Source: Tricharina praecox
Taxonomy: Eukaryota
Reading direction: 5' to 3'
DNA length: 64,000 nt
Assembly: GCF_024521635.1 (NCBI RefSeq)
Contig: NW_026250403.1
Coordinates: 1,426,001-1,490,000, forward strand
A program made the translations under genes and the position numbers. The notes under the pieces are model-generated. The model searched no databases and was not told the origin of the DNA. It saw only the letters and a program-made list of their open reading frames with translations. Positions 49,379 through 62,968 of the stretch are shown one piece after another. Numbering within the stretch: the first letter of the stretch is position 1; every line of letters starts with the position of its first letter.

Positions 49379-51539
49379 ATGCCTCTTCACGGCATCGGCC
49401 ACTCGCGCTCGCAGTCGCATACGTCCAACGCACCCGTCTCCGATCAACCTCTCGCTTCCCTAGTCCAAGCCGCATCACAGACACTGACTGGAATCGGGAA
49501 CCCCGCTGCTCTTGTAGGAGGAGGAGCTACCAACACATCAACCTCGAGATTGCCAAACAGCAACCAGAACTCAGGTCTCCGACTTCAGACATCAAACGCG
49601 GGCAACCCTCCGGGCTCGCAGCAGAACTCAGGCATCACCCCCATTCACTCCGGAGGCTCGTCCATAATATCGCCCGACTCCGCTCTCCCACCAAAGAAGT
49701 CCATCTCCTTCCGTCTGCCCTCACCAGTCACACAGCCAGGCTCATCGGGAAGTAGTCGGTCGCAGCAGCAGCAGCAACAGCAACGGCATTCCCAGCAGGA
49801 ACAGCTGTATCAAGACCATCCCTCCTCGGCCACTCAATCGCACCCACATCACCTATCGCAGCGGCCATCGGATCCGACTCAAAAGCAGCAGATCTCGAGT
49901 CAGCAGCCGTCCTCGCAGCAGCCGACCTACACAGCATATCACTCCGCGAACCCATCGTCGAACACCGGGTCACGACCGCACATCTCGTCCACGTCCACGG
50001 CGCCCGCTGCGGTCCCGCAGGCCTCTCAACAAAGATCGTCCATGCATCGGACAAACACCAGCGGTGGCGGCGGCGGCAGTGGCTATTCGCCGAACGCGCA
50101 GTTAAATCCCGGCGGTGGCGGTGATGTCGGCGGCTCAAGAAAGTACAATCACCCGGGGGCATTGACCCCCACTTACCCCAGCTCTTCGCAGCACACTACC
50201 TCGCATTCACACTCTGGAGTGGGGAGTCAGGGAATAGGATTAACGGGTTCATCCAACAGTTCGAATTCAATGCGCGAGCCACAAGAAAGCTATGGCGCTG
50301 TGGGGCCGGGACGATGGATGTGCCCCTACGGCTTGTACGCTATCGACTGGTGCAAGTGGAACCCCTCGGCCAGCGGTGGATACGGCCGTGTAGCTGTCGG
50401 CAGCTACACAGAAGACAGCCATAACTACGTTGGTACCCCGCTATCGTGTTGATTTGGGATTGCAGCTGACGTTGGACGTACAGATTCAAGTCCTTGACAC
50501 CCGCCCCGGGCCCGCCGATCTCCAGCAGCCCGGTGCACCTACACTCGAGTTCACGAAGCTTGCCGAAGCAACGCACACGTACCCGATAACCCGCGTGCTG
50601 TGGGAACCGCCATCCTCGAAGTCGCTCACTGACCTCCTAGCCACTTCCGGCGACCATCTGAGGTTGTGGTCGCTGCCCGCGCCCGGCTCCGCCGCTCCCA
50701 CACCGAACAGCAACTCGATCACATCGCGCAGCTACCCCACACAGACGCCGAAGCTCACACCACTAGCGCTCCTCTCCAACTCAAAATCCACAGACTTCAC
50801 CGCGCCTCTAACATCACTAGATTGGAACCAAGTTTCCCCGTCATTGATCATCACCTCCTCGATCGACACGACCTGCACAATATGGGACATCCCAACGCTC
50901 ACCGCCAAAACGCAGCTGATTGCACACGACAAGGAAGTATTCGACGTGCGCTTCATGTCCAATTCCGTTGACGTCTTCGCCTCCTGTGGCGCCGACGGTA
51001 GCGTCCGCATGTTCGACCTCCGATCCCTCGAGCACTCAACCATCATCTACGAACCGGGAGCTAGCAAAGCCTCCTCTGGGTCTGACCACGATGGTGGCTC
51101 CCCCGTCAACAGCTCGCCGCCCGCGCTCCTCCGCCTCGCCGCCTCCCCCCACGACCAACACCTAATCGCCACCTTCTGCGCCAACTCCTCCGTAGTCCGC
51201 ATCCTCGACGTCCGCCAGCCCGGCCAAGCGCTTGTCGAGCTCAAGGGACACACCGCAAACGTGAACTGCTGCGAGTGGAACCCCGGCCGAAGAGGTGTCC
51301 TCGCCGCTGGTGGCGACGACTGCGAAATCCTCGTGTGGGACATCTTTGGTGCTGCCGGCGGCGGCGCCACAGGAACCATCAAGACGGAGAAGGGTGTCGA
51401 GCAGGAGCGTCAACCCGTCGCATGGTGGGGCTGCGAGACCGAAGTCAACAATCTGTCGTGGAGCCCGTCGGTCGGGAAGACAGGCAGCGACTGGATCGGT
51501 GTCGTCGGCGGAAGGGGTGTTTCTGGATTGGCGGTGTAA
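49379..51539 (+). CDS. WD40 protein of the DCAF7/AN11 (YPL247C) family with a long Ser/Gln-rich N-terminus
   Basis: Exons 49379-50428 and 50484-51539. Motifs: YAIDWC, HTYPITRVLWEP, DLLATSGDHLRLW, APLTSLDWN, TSSIDTTCTIWD, KTQLIAHDKEVFDV, RMFDLRSLEHSTIIYE. Confidence 0.92.
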
Positions 51540-52138
51540 GGCGGATTTAGATTGTCACCTGCGTAAGGGAGCTGGAGCTGGAGCTGGAGCTGGAGTGGAG
51601 GGTTATCATCAGTTTTTTTTTTGCCATTGTGTCTGTGTCTCTGTGTGCGCGCGTGTATGAGATCTTAGCGGAGGTGCGGAAGGGAAGGGAGGGGAATGGC
51701 AAAGTTCTTGCGAGCTCTTGTGTTTTCTTTCGGCTTTTTCGTTGTGTCTTTTTCCTTATGAAGTTATGAAGGATTGATCTTGATTTTCGTTTCCTCTGGA
51801 TCCATAACTCGAACTTGATGGCCTTACTAGTATATGATGGTCAGCCTGCGCAGGGCGAGGCAATGTGCTCTGCTCTGTTTGGGTGGCTGTACTGTTTACG
51901 TGCCGTGGCTAGGTAATTGAACGAACGGATAGAAGATGAGTCTGTCAACCTGTCAACAAAGTCGGACGGACAGGATGGACAGGACAGGCGGGTGATACTC
52001 TGTGAAGTGACAGGAGGATTCCCCCACGTTCAGGAAAACAAGTGTGTTTCTGTGAGTAGTCCACTACTAGTAGCCGTTCGGAGGACTGGTGGTGAGTGCT
52101 TGGAATATTCGGTGCGGTAGCGGGTCCAAGTTTTGTTT

Positions 52139-52161
52139 TCTCTCTCTCTCTCTCTCTCTCT
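52139..52161. repeat. (TC)n microsatellite
   Basis: Directly visible. Confidence 0.85.
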
Positions 52162-53095
52162 TGTAACTACCTGTAGCTCATAGACCCAAACATACCACTT
52201 CACTTCTCTCCATCTCCATCGCTCCAGTGATCGCTACCACGAGTCCTTCCAGCAGAAGGGAGGGCGAAGCGGTAGGTACTTGAAGTAGGTACACACTCCG
52301 ATAGGTAGACCCGGCGAAACGATAGGATCGGGACCGACGTTTACTAGTAGCTATTGTGAATCCCATCGCCGACCGCGACTATTCATTATCTACTGGCCGA
52401 AACCGTCCTCACCGGTCCGAGCGCGACGCTCGGATAGTGAGCGATGCGATGCTTCCGCTCGGCCTTGGTATCGATCGCCGGGCTATTCCCGTGGAAGCAC
52501 CGACTGCATTAGAATTATGATAGAAGGCAGTCGGTGCTGCCATCTCTACATTGTACCATACCCCCCTGGGAAGGATCGTCCAAGCTGGTTCTCTCACCAT
52601 CACCATCACCAATAGCACAGTCAAGCATGAATGCAAAAAGAGTCTCAATTCTAGCGACAAGAGATCCTTTAAATATCCATCATCCACCATCCATCATCCA
52701 CCATCCACCATCACAGGTATCCACCATACCCATCCACCATACCCATCCACCACATCCATCCAGTGAGGGCATCCAGTGAGGGAAGCCAGCCCCCCGCCAG
52801 ACCCAAAAGCCCTCCCTCAGACCTCTATTTCTACCACACACGCAAGCATCACCAATACCCCATTTCTGCAGCATAAATATGTCCGTTGAAGGGCAGAGAG
52901 CAAAGAAAGAAAACGAAACACAAACACAAAACCAAAACAACCATGCATGCAATGCCCTCCTCCACTCAACATTCAACACAAATGTCTTCATACATCAAGC
53001 GTACATCAAGCGTACATATTCATAAAAGATAGTTTTCAAGGAAAAGTCCAAAACAAAGCCACAAAAAGTCCAAAAAACAAAAGAGTCAAGAAGAA

Positions 53096-54616
53096 TCAAG
53101 CCCAAGCGCCGACAAGGCTCATTCCGAACGCGCCCGCAAAGACCCAGCAGCACGCCGCGATACGGTTGCGCCCCTGGAGTGTATGCCAGCTCTCGTCGCT
53201 AAGGAAGTCCTCTGCGAGCAGCTCCACCAGTCCCGCAAACACCAGCAGCCCCGAGGAGATGGAGTTCATGATGCCGACCATCAGTAGGCCCGTGGGCGAG
53301 TCGGGCGAGTAGAGCGTGTGTGTGGCGAGGCCGATGGCTTGGCCGATGGGGGTGGTGAGTCCGTAGGCGCATGCCATCGCCCACGGCTGGATCGCGCCCT
53401 TCTCCCACTTTAGGGCGGCGATGCGCGAGCCCAGGGCGAGACCTTCGAAGGTTTGGTGGAAGGCGATGGCGATGAGCAGGACGATGAATGGCGAGCCGAC
53501 GGTGACGGAGAGCGCCATGCCGATGAAGACGCTGTGGAAGAGGATACCCATCTCGAGGAGGAACACCTGCAGCATGGCCTTCTTGTGGCGTTGCTGGGGC
53601 GTGAGTTTGATCTTGTGATTGTGCTCCGAGGTGGTCGGCGACGAAGGGAATTTCGATTCGATGGGTGTCGAATCGCCCGATTGGAGGTGGTCCGCCTTCT
53701 CCAGGACCATCGCAATGGAGTTGGACTGTCGATTGCGCTGCATCTCAGACGAGAACTTCTGCAGTTCCTGAGCCATAGAGTGGGAACGGGATCGCCGACG
53801 ACCCGCCATTCCGAATCCAAGGCGTCCCATCCCTCCACGACCGCCGATGTGCTCGCTCCCCGAGTCACTACTGCGCTCGTCGCCCCCCTCCCTCCTCCCC
53901 CTCCCTCCCTCCTCCTCCTCCCCCTCCTCCACCGCCTCCTCATCCTCCCCTACATCCTTTTCTTTGCCAGCAGCAGCAACGGCAGCGGCGGAGTGTCCAG
54001 ACTCCAGCGTCGCATTCCGGTGGTCATCAGGCGAGTAATGTCCGCCGCACAGGCCCTTGGTGAACACCATCTCGACGATCGTGACCAGGAAGACGGCAGC
54101 CATAGCGATGGCGCCGGCCATAGCCGGGTACTGCTCCGTCCAGAAGGCGGGCAGACATTTGTCGGTGAGCGAGATGAAGGCCGTGGGGAGCAGGTGCACG
54201 AATGCGGTCGCGATGAGGACGCCGGTACCGAAGTGGCGGGCAAAGAAAAGGAAGGAGGGGGGGATGCGGAGGCGCGGGAACCGTTTCGCGATCAAGGGGA
54301 ATGCGCATGCTGTACCGCGGGAGCTTCAGTCAGCCTAGATGCACCGACAGGGGGGGACAAAGGTTTGTTTACCAAGCGTGCTCTGGGTCAATACTACGAA
54401 TACTGCCATCACATGGAGGCCCATATTGTACTGGTCCTCGCTAAGGCTGCCCCCGCCGCAGACGGGGGAGCTTCGGGGAACCAGTGTGCGGTCGAAGGTG
54501 GGAGGATTCTGATTGAAGGTAGGATTGCCTGAGAGGCTACTGTCAGCGGGTGACAGGAGGGTTTGGAGGGCGAGGAGGGTACCAGTTGGCTCTGGGTCTC
54601 TAGTAGGACAGTTCAT
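53096..54616 (-). CDS. ZIP-family zinc/iron permease (Zrt-like)
   Basis: Exons 54616-54373 and 54309-53096. Motifs: HFGTGVLIATAFVHLL, LEMGILFHSVFIG, FHQTFEGLALG, TTPIGQAIG, VELLAEDF, C-terminal GAWA. Confidence 0.95.
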
Positions 54617-57600
54617 CTTGAAGACGTATGTAAAGAAGCCAGCTTCTTGAGTCTGGAGAGTCTTGGAGCAACCAAGAAGATGTGATAGTGTATTGGGGGA
54701 GTACGAGGAGGTGCAAGGGACTGATTGTGAACGGGAAGATGCAGTGGTAAGATCAAGATGTCACAGTGTGAGATGTTGGGGGTTCCTGCAGATATGGAGG
54801 GCGGGAACTGGCAGCTTAAGAAGGGGATCTGGATCTGGGTGGGTTCGACGGTTCGGTGAAGATAGAGTTGTTCTAGACACGGTACACAGCGAGTTGGTTA
54901 GAGACGCCGAGAGCTGGTGCTCTGGATATGGGTGTTGCAGCGAAGTATGCGCGTTGGGTGGGAGGTTTGGAGGTTCGAGATGAGCAAATCGGAGCGAGAC
55001 GAGGTAGGAGCTGTAGCAGCAGAGTTTGAGAAGGTTTCTTCCGGACTATAGTCTAGCAGGGCCAAGGCAAGCCAGCAATCCTCAGGGAGGTGAAGCGGGA
55101 CGAGGACGGGGGGACAGTAGGCGGGCGGCGGAGACGAGACCGCTGGATTGGACGGAGTCGTTGGAGTCGTTGTCGGGAGAGACGTTGTTGTTGTTGTTGT
55201 CGGAGGGAGAGTCTGGGAGGAGAGCGGCAAGAAGATGTGGAATGCGGTCCTGATAGTTGCTAGCAGACGGCTGTTAGAGAAATGACCAGCTCGGAGCAGG
55301 CCAGAAGGAAAGCGGAAGAAGAAACGTTAAATGCATCTGGGATGGGCAGGATGAGATCCCACTTGTCCGCCAATGACAATCGGTCCCACCAACCTTCCCC
55401 CTTCTACGTGTGCCCTGTGGGTGTCATCGGCACGCACACTCTCTCCAACTTCCTTCCTTCTCTTCCCGGCTGCTGAGTGTGAAGAAAAGCAAAGACGAAG
55501 AAAACACGACCAGCACCCCCTGGAATATCCCTACCCGAGCGCCGGAGGGCCCAATCAGCGCTTTCCCCCATCCTGCAGTAGCTGCAACGGCTATCCGATC
55601 TCACCCAGCAGACTGTGAAGATGTATGATATGACCTGCTATAGGTACCTGCTCTACATGCTCGACTCCGCAGTGGACAGAGTCACCGAGCAGGCAGCACA
55701 TGCGCATAGAAGTAACCGATTTAGCGAAAGACAAACTCGAACAGTCTTCTCAAATCCTGCGACGAGCAACTGCTAGTAGAGTACGACAACGGCGGCGGCG
55801 GAGACGGAGACGGGCGACAACAGCAACACCAACGGCAGCGCCGATCGTGAAGCGAACGGGAAGGAACGACGCACGGAAGGAGGGATGGAGAGAACCAAGT
55901 AGATAACAAAGCAAGGAGAGTGAACGCGTGTCGCGTGTTCCTTGTGCCGCTCGCTTCGCAGAGGAATATCTCGGCACTTTGACGGGAATATTGACACCTC
56001 TCTCTCAGAGAGACTCGAAGTCTGGTCAGGACTCAGGACTCCGGACTCGGACTCTCAGTCGTGCGAGTTCTTCATGCACACGATCGCGAAGTCGTCACTT
56101 CCACCGGCCGACCGACTAACACTACTGAGCTCAGCTCTGCACAACTTCCCTGTTCAGGAAATCCAAGTAATCAACGAATCAACCAACGAATCAACCAACG
56201 AACCAACCTACCAACCACCACCACCACCACCACCACCAAAATATCCTCTGGCTTGGACACCACTCCTCGCCAACGCAAAAACCTGGGGAATCCCCGCAGG
56301 CCGCAGGCGGCACTACGCATCGCGCTCCTCCGGCTCCGGAGCGGCACAGTCCACTCCGCCTTTGCCCGTAGGGCTGGAGGGTGAATACATAAACAAGTTA
56401 TGCTGCCCGGTAATACCCGAATAGGTACTACCACCACTATATTGCTGCTCAACTTCGGCTTCGACGATGGATGTGATCATCATGATCCGCATCGAGAGGA
56501 AAGAATGTCAGTATGTATCGTGTCGGGAGGTATGGCTCGCTCGCTCCACTGAAACCTGCTCTGCTGGCTTCAGAATCTACTCCACTCCAGTGACTCTACG
56601 GCAACCAATGCATTCTCTGCGTTAGTTACTACATCAGCGTCTGCCATGTGAAGAGACTTCCACATAGAAATGTCCATCCGTCCGTCAGTAGTACCTAGCA
56701 GTAGTAGTAGTACCAAGTAGCACCAAGTAACCGTCGAATCCACGAAAATCCATGAAAACCCCACAGGGTCACATCGGAGCCTGGAGGAAGGATAGGTAAC
56801 AATTTTTTTTATGAAAAGCGCCATTTTATGCCCCCCGCATTACTTTACCATACCACACCCGACCCCGGAATGACCCATCATTATTGCTCTATGTACTGGG
56901 TATACTTATATGCGATCAATCAAACCACGAAGATCTCACGGACCGCAGCGAAAAAAGCTGTGGTATATGCCTCACTCCTTGAGTCTTGGAGCAAGCGCCT
57001 TGCAAGTTGCAAGTTGCAACTTTAGAGTTATCTACCTGGTAATTGAAGATCGTCGTTTTCCACACACGCACCCCTCCCCTCCCCTCCCCTCCCCGCTGGC
57101 CGCTGGGCTTTTACGGTTGCGGTTACGGTTTCATCGTACATCGTACGCCGAACGACGAAACCCCCATGGCTTGACTGCCGAACGCCGAACGCCGCACGCA
57201 GGAGTGAGCGCTTCAAACTTGACCGAAACGGACATGACAAAGAGAGAGAAAGGGCTTCTCTTGGAGTCTTGGCCATGACAAAAAAACGGACTTCTCTTGG
57301 CCAAAACGAAGCAAAACATTTGGCTGACTTGGCTGACTTGACGGAAGTTTCAGCGATCCCTGTGTGATACTTCACCAACTTTCTCAGTCAGTCATGGGAT
57401 ATCACGGACTGAAAATGCATTTATCATCTTTTTCCTTGGCAGTCGCGGATTCGAGGATCTGCGGCTCTAGAACGCGGGAGACGCAGCCACGTCCGTCGAG
57501 CGGTTGCGGTCTGGGTATGTGCCTATGTATGTAACAATCATTCCGAATCCGGAGGACGAAGAGGAGGATGAGGAGCACAGGCCAGCCAAAACTTTATAGT

Positions 57601-57767
57601 AGATCCATCTGTACATAACCTCCAGGGCACACAGACGCGGGAATCTGTTTCCACTATCTACACTACTGCCTCACTAGCGAGCGGGCTTCAGGGTTTTCTT
57701 CTTCTTTTTTCTTCTTTTTTTGGCGCCGATGACGATGACGAATTGCACACGAAGAGCAGTATGTACA

Positions 57768-58236
57768 TAGCTCGTGCTTGTGTTTACTGTGGTCCATCTG
57801 GTTCCATCAATAGAACACTCGCCTCCCATGCCCAAGAAAGCTCTAAGATGTCTGTGTTCAGCAAGTACTTACTCGCCCGGTGGATCGAGCACATCGCTCG
57901 CATCCTTCCCGATCGTTTTCATTCGTGGAAATCGGAGGGTGCACAGTCTGTATGTATTCCTAATCTTCCGGGCTCCAGCCTATATCTTTCCGTAGCAGCT
58001 AGGTAGCTCGTGTTTCTGTTGTGTTTATTGTGGTCCAGCTGGTTCCATCAATGAACGCTCGCCTACTTTTCCCTAGGAAAGCTCGATACTGTCTGTGTTC
58101 AGTACTTGCCCCGGTGCATCGAGACACTTCGCTCGCTTCTTTCCCGATCATTACCATTCATGGACATTGGAGGGTGCACAGTCTGTATGTCCTAATCTTG
58201 GCTTTAGCATTCGGGCACCAGCCCGTATCCTTCCGT
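57768..58236. repeat. Diverged tandem duplication of a ~235-bp unit
   Basis: Copies at ~57768-57993 and ~58004-58236 share collinear blocks: TAGCTCGTG, TGTGGTCCA.CTGGTTCCATCAAT, GTCTGTGTTCAG, GGAGGGTGCACAGTCTGTATGT, CCTAATCTT. Confidence 0.85.
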
Positions 58237-58578
58237 CTTTTGTGTGCGGGGAAAGATCCGGCTTATCAGTGTTGATAGGTATAGGACACATGTGGGGTGG
58301 AAGGGCGCCATACATCGAGTGGATGTGTAGCATGCAGTGTACCTAGCGAGGAAAGGGCTTGAGGGAAGGTTTTTTTGTTTCATCACTTGCAGGTGTTTTC
58401 TCGTGTCGAGTGAGCATCAGTGATCTGCGGGAATCCCCGACGACGACCCCCGGTGCTGGAAAACAATCATTATCTAGATGACGTAGTGATGGTATTATCA
58501 TCTAGTGACCCTGCATGATATCGGCTCCATTGATCTAAGTCATAGCGATGCAAGTTCAAATTCCCACCCCATCCCCGA

Positions 58579-59723
58579 TCACAGGTTTGTCAGATAATCG
58601 TCCACCTCTTGCGGGCTGAGTTTGCGAAATCTGGGTCCTTGCGCGCCCTCGACACCCTCGTATCCGAGCAAGTGATCCGCAGGTGGGCCAACGATGCCGA
58701 TTTCTATGGTCTCGCCGCTCATCTCTCCCTCGATCTATTCCGGTACAACGTTAGATGTCTCATCCAGCAGCAGCATCGGGGGAGCGGGTCAAATACCGTC
58801 TCCTTGAGCGTCAACAGAGCGATATGGATCGCATCCTCCAACTCGAGGCCCTCGGCGTAACGCTTCTCAAGGAAAGTTTTGGCCGAAGTCGCAGATTTGC
58901 CGATGGCCGTGGCTTTCCACGGGAAGTAGGAACCGGAGGGATCGACCTAACCACACAATCAGCACTCAAGAACTCCTCCGCTACCTCCCAAGAATCCCGC
59001 AAAGCACCTGGTACAACGCCGGACCGCCCTTCCCCGTTCCCGCAGGCTTGTCGTCCCACCCCGCCACGAGCAAGCTGACACCGTACGGCCGGACACCACC
59101 GCTCTGTGTCGCCTCTTGCATGACCTTCGCTACGTCCTGCACGAGTATCCTGGTGGGCGGGTACTCGTTGTATATGCGCTTGTAGTTTGTGTGTGAGACC
59201 TTGCGGGCCTTGTCGACGAGGACGCGGAAGTCGGGGCCCATGCCTGAGTAGACCATGCCGATGTCGGGAGTTACTAAGGCGATCTTCTCGAGCGAAGAGG
59301 CGTTGGTGAGGGCGTTGCTGGACTTCTTTTCGGTTGCGAGAACGACTCCATTGGTAGCTATGCGAGATGCGTGTTAGATGGCGACCGTATGTGGTGAGCG
59401 GAGAAGCGTGGAGAGATACCTTTAATGCCCAGAGAGGTAACTCCCTGGTTGACCGCATTCAGGGCGTATTCTGGAGGAAGAAGCTGTCAGCTATGACGGA
59501 CCGTAATCGCAATCTATCCAACAAGAGTCGGAGAGATGAGCTTGGCGCTCGCTCCGGTCGGTTCGTGCAGCTGTTGGAAAGTTCTGGGAGTGGTTTCGTG
59601 ATCGTACCTATCTGCACAAGCTTCCCACTGCTCTCAGTTAGCTTCCGAATCCATCAAAAACCATCGTTTGCGAGCGAACCTTGGGGAGAAAGTAGTAAGA
59701 GAGAAAGAGTATCGGTCGGCCAT
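58579..59723 (-). CDS. PRE8: 20S proteasome subunit alpha type-2
   Basis: Exons 59723-59680, 59627-59608, 59470-59420, 59357-59008, 58946-58797, 58734-58579. Motifs: [61 protein letters not shown]. Confidence 0.97.
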
Positions 59724-60353
59724 GCTTGTGGAATGTTGTGATGAGTCGAGATGAAGGGCGTGGAGGATGAACCGGCGGTGGTGGGATGATATCGCAGTAG
59801 TCGCGGGCAGCAGTGCTGAGGCGGGACAAGCAATGTCTAATACGCGAATTACCCGGCGTTGCGGCTCTGCTGGGGCCTGCCAAAGTCTAGAATCGAGTGA
59901 GGAGGCGTGGTGCTGCCCGGCCACCAGTGCTGAACGCGGGACAATATTTACGGGCCCGACATTCTGACCGAAGCAATAGATTCTTTCGAGAGGCTATTCA
60001 AATGCCATCCAGTGCCACACATTGGACGGTTGATTCATGAGATCTCACCTACCTAGGTACACGCTACATGTGAATCAATTTCGGTTAGCTCTGGGCATAT
60101 GCGCTCCAGTTACGTCGGACAAGGGTGCAAGCTGATCCCGAGGTTCCCAACAATTACCCACGGCATCTCACCCAGCTAACCATCACCGACATTCATGAAA
60201 GGACCTGCTGTCGCGTACAACCCTTACCGGTGTACTTTTAACTCTGGCCGGTGTTCGCCTCGTCCCGATTGACTCCTTACTCGCCGCAATCAACACTACG
60301 TCCAACCTTACACATCTACCCACACGCCTACACATCTAGATCTATAGGTACCT

Positions 60354-62968
60354 ATGGCGGCCCCGGATCTCGATCTCAGCTCGGACACCCCCCATATCCA
60401 CCCGCCCCTAGTTCCCGAGCAATACCGCACGGCCGCCGATGTCGAGACCACAACCATCCCCGTGTTCGAGAACGAGGAGTCGCGTGACCTCATCACCGCC
60501 AACTTTACACACTTCCGCGAAGACCCGTTCTCGTTCCTGAAGCAGATCTCGCTGCACTATTCGGGCACGGGATGGCGCGCATACGACCACATCATAGGCC
60601 AGCCGATTTTCTACAAAGGGTTCAGCGAGCAGATGAAGATGCGGATTCTACGGAGCGCACTGTTGCGGGCGAAGATCAGCGAGCTGGCCGAGCGCCGCGC
60701 CACGGTGGAGGATGACGCAGGAACGTTTGGAAGTGACAAAAAGCGAGTGATACGTCGGCAGAAGAGGCGAGAGGAAATCGAAAAACAGTTGGATCAGGTT
60801 GCGGATGGGATCGTCGACGGCATGATCTGCAAGTTTGAGAGCAAACGGTTCATCCGGGTATGCAATCTGGTGCGCCGGGGGTGTCGAGCTCTCTTACTGT
60901 GCTAATGCTGTCGTGCTCAGGGCGCATACTACCTGTGCATGCAACTTCTTGCACGAACGTACGACCAAGGAATTCATGTCTCGTCGCAAGAGATTCAAAA
61001 CCTCCGAAGGATTGCCGCTATGGCTGCTAAGAAGAAGCAGTCCTTAATTTTCCTTCCATGCCACCGATCTCACATCGACTACGTCTCTCTACAGGTCATC
61101 TGCTACCGCCTCGGTATCGCTCTGCCCGTTGTCGTTGCCGGAGACAATCTCAATTTCCCTGTTGTCGGAAAGTTCCTGCAGAATGCCGGCGGCATGTTTA
61201 TCCGCCGGTCATTTGGCGGAGACGAACTCTACACATCTACCGTACAGAGTTATGTCGATGCGATCCTCAAGGGTGGTTACAACTTCGAATGCTTCATAGA
61301 AGGGGGCCGCAGCAGAACCGGCAAGCTGCTACAACCGAAATTCGGAATTCTGGGATACCTGTTAGATTCGTTATTGAGCGGGCGAGTAGAGGACGCATGG
61401 ATCATTCCCGTGAGCACACAATATGACAAAGTCATTGAGACAGAAGGATATGTCAATGAACTACTCGGAATACCGAAACAAAAAGAGAACCTCTGGGACT
61501 TCCTCAGCAGTTCGAAGGTGTTGAGTTTGAAGATGGGGAGAGTCGATGTCCGGTTCCATGACCCTTGGAGCTTGAGGGGGTTTATGGATGAGTTCGTATC
61601 AAAGCAGGCCGTGGTGGAGCCGGAGCAACCGGCGACAGAGCTGAGACTGAAAATGTTGAAGAGTCTGGGATACAAAGTGCTAGGGGACATCAATAAGGTC
61701 TCGGTCGTCATGCCGACAAGCTTGATCGGGACGGTGCTGTTGACACTCCGAGGGCGGGGAGTCGGAAAGAGTGAATTGGCGAGGAGGATAGAGTGGCTAA
61801 GCGATAGGATCCGCGTAAAAGGCGGAAGAGCTGCGGCCTTTGGCGGTGTTGAGACAGGCGTGGTGGTTGAGAGAGGCCTGGCGGTCCTTGGTGATTTGGT
61901 AGGACGGGTCGATGGGCTCGCAGAGGAAACCTACTACGCCGTGGACCGGTAAAGCCATCCTCTTACCTCCTTTGCAGGTCTAGTGACTAACATCACCGGT
62001 AGCTTCCAGCTGAGTTTCTATCGCAATATGGTAATTCACCTCTTCGTCAGTGAGACTATTGTCGCCGCTGCAATGTACACGCGCATCAAGCAAGGTGGTG
62101 GCATCAGCAACCAGCGCGTCCCGTACAAGGATCTCTTCAGTCAGGTCTCCTTCCTCTCACAGCTCTTCCGTGGTGAATTCGTATTTCCAACTGAAGGTAT
62201 TGTCAACAATCTTCACAAGACTTTGCGAGGTCTGGAGGCGGATCGCATCATCAAGATTGGATACAAAGATGCCGACAAGAACGAATTGGAGTACGTTGAA
62301 CTCACGGAGGAGGAGCGCCAATGCGGGCGAGAAAACTACGACTTTTACTGCTTCCTCATCTGGCCGTTCATCGAGAGCGCGTGGCTGGCCGGCGTTGCCA
62401 TCATCGGCCTCACGCCTCCGAAGGGCAACGAGGAGGTTTGGGTCGGTATCAAAGAGGCGCAGGACATGGCGCAGCTGGTATTTGCTTCCACCCTTTCCAC
62501 TCTGCCATATTTCGTACTGACCGACAACCGCAGGCGGGGAAAACATTGTACCATCAAGGTGATCTCTCGTACTTCGAAGCGGTCAACAAGGAATCCCTCA
62601 AAAATGCGTTTCAACGCTTCGAGGAGGAAGGAATCCTCATCACCAAGAAATCAAAAGCCGGCAAGAACCCACCCGTCCTCCGACTCTCACCGGAGTGGGT
62701 ACCACAACGGGATCCGGCGACGGGGGCGATGCTGCATAAAGGTCAGCTATGGAACTACGTCGAGAGCATTGCCATCTCGAGAAGGGAGGGCAAGAACCGC
62801 AGAGATTCGGCGAGTGTCGGGAGTAGAGTGTTGACGCTAGTTGAGAAACTTGGTGCCGAGCTGTTTGCCGACGCTGTAGAGAGGACGAGGGTCGAGGAGG
62901 AGGAGATCGAGGTCGAGGTGAAGAAGGGGAGGAGTAGGAGGGGCTCAAGCTCGAGGGCGAAGTTGTAG
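60354..62968 (+). CDS. PlsB/GNPAT-like glycerol-3-phosphate or dihydroxyacetone-phosphate acyltransferase with C-terminal PTS1
   Basis: Exons 60354-60857, 60921-61948, 62003-62477, 62534-62968. Motifs: FLPCHRSHIDY, GGMFIRRSF, FIEGGRSRTGK, LSFYRN; ends -SRAKL*. Confidence 0.92.

Noticed and set aside
53453-54532. 359-aa plus-strand ORF
   Set aside because: Antisense shadow of the GC3-rich ZIP gene.
56780-57420. Possible DNA transposon remnant (short repeats, weak hairpin)
   Set aside because: No convincing TIR pair or target-site duplication.
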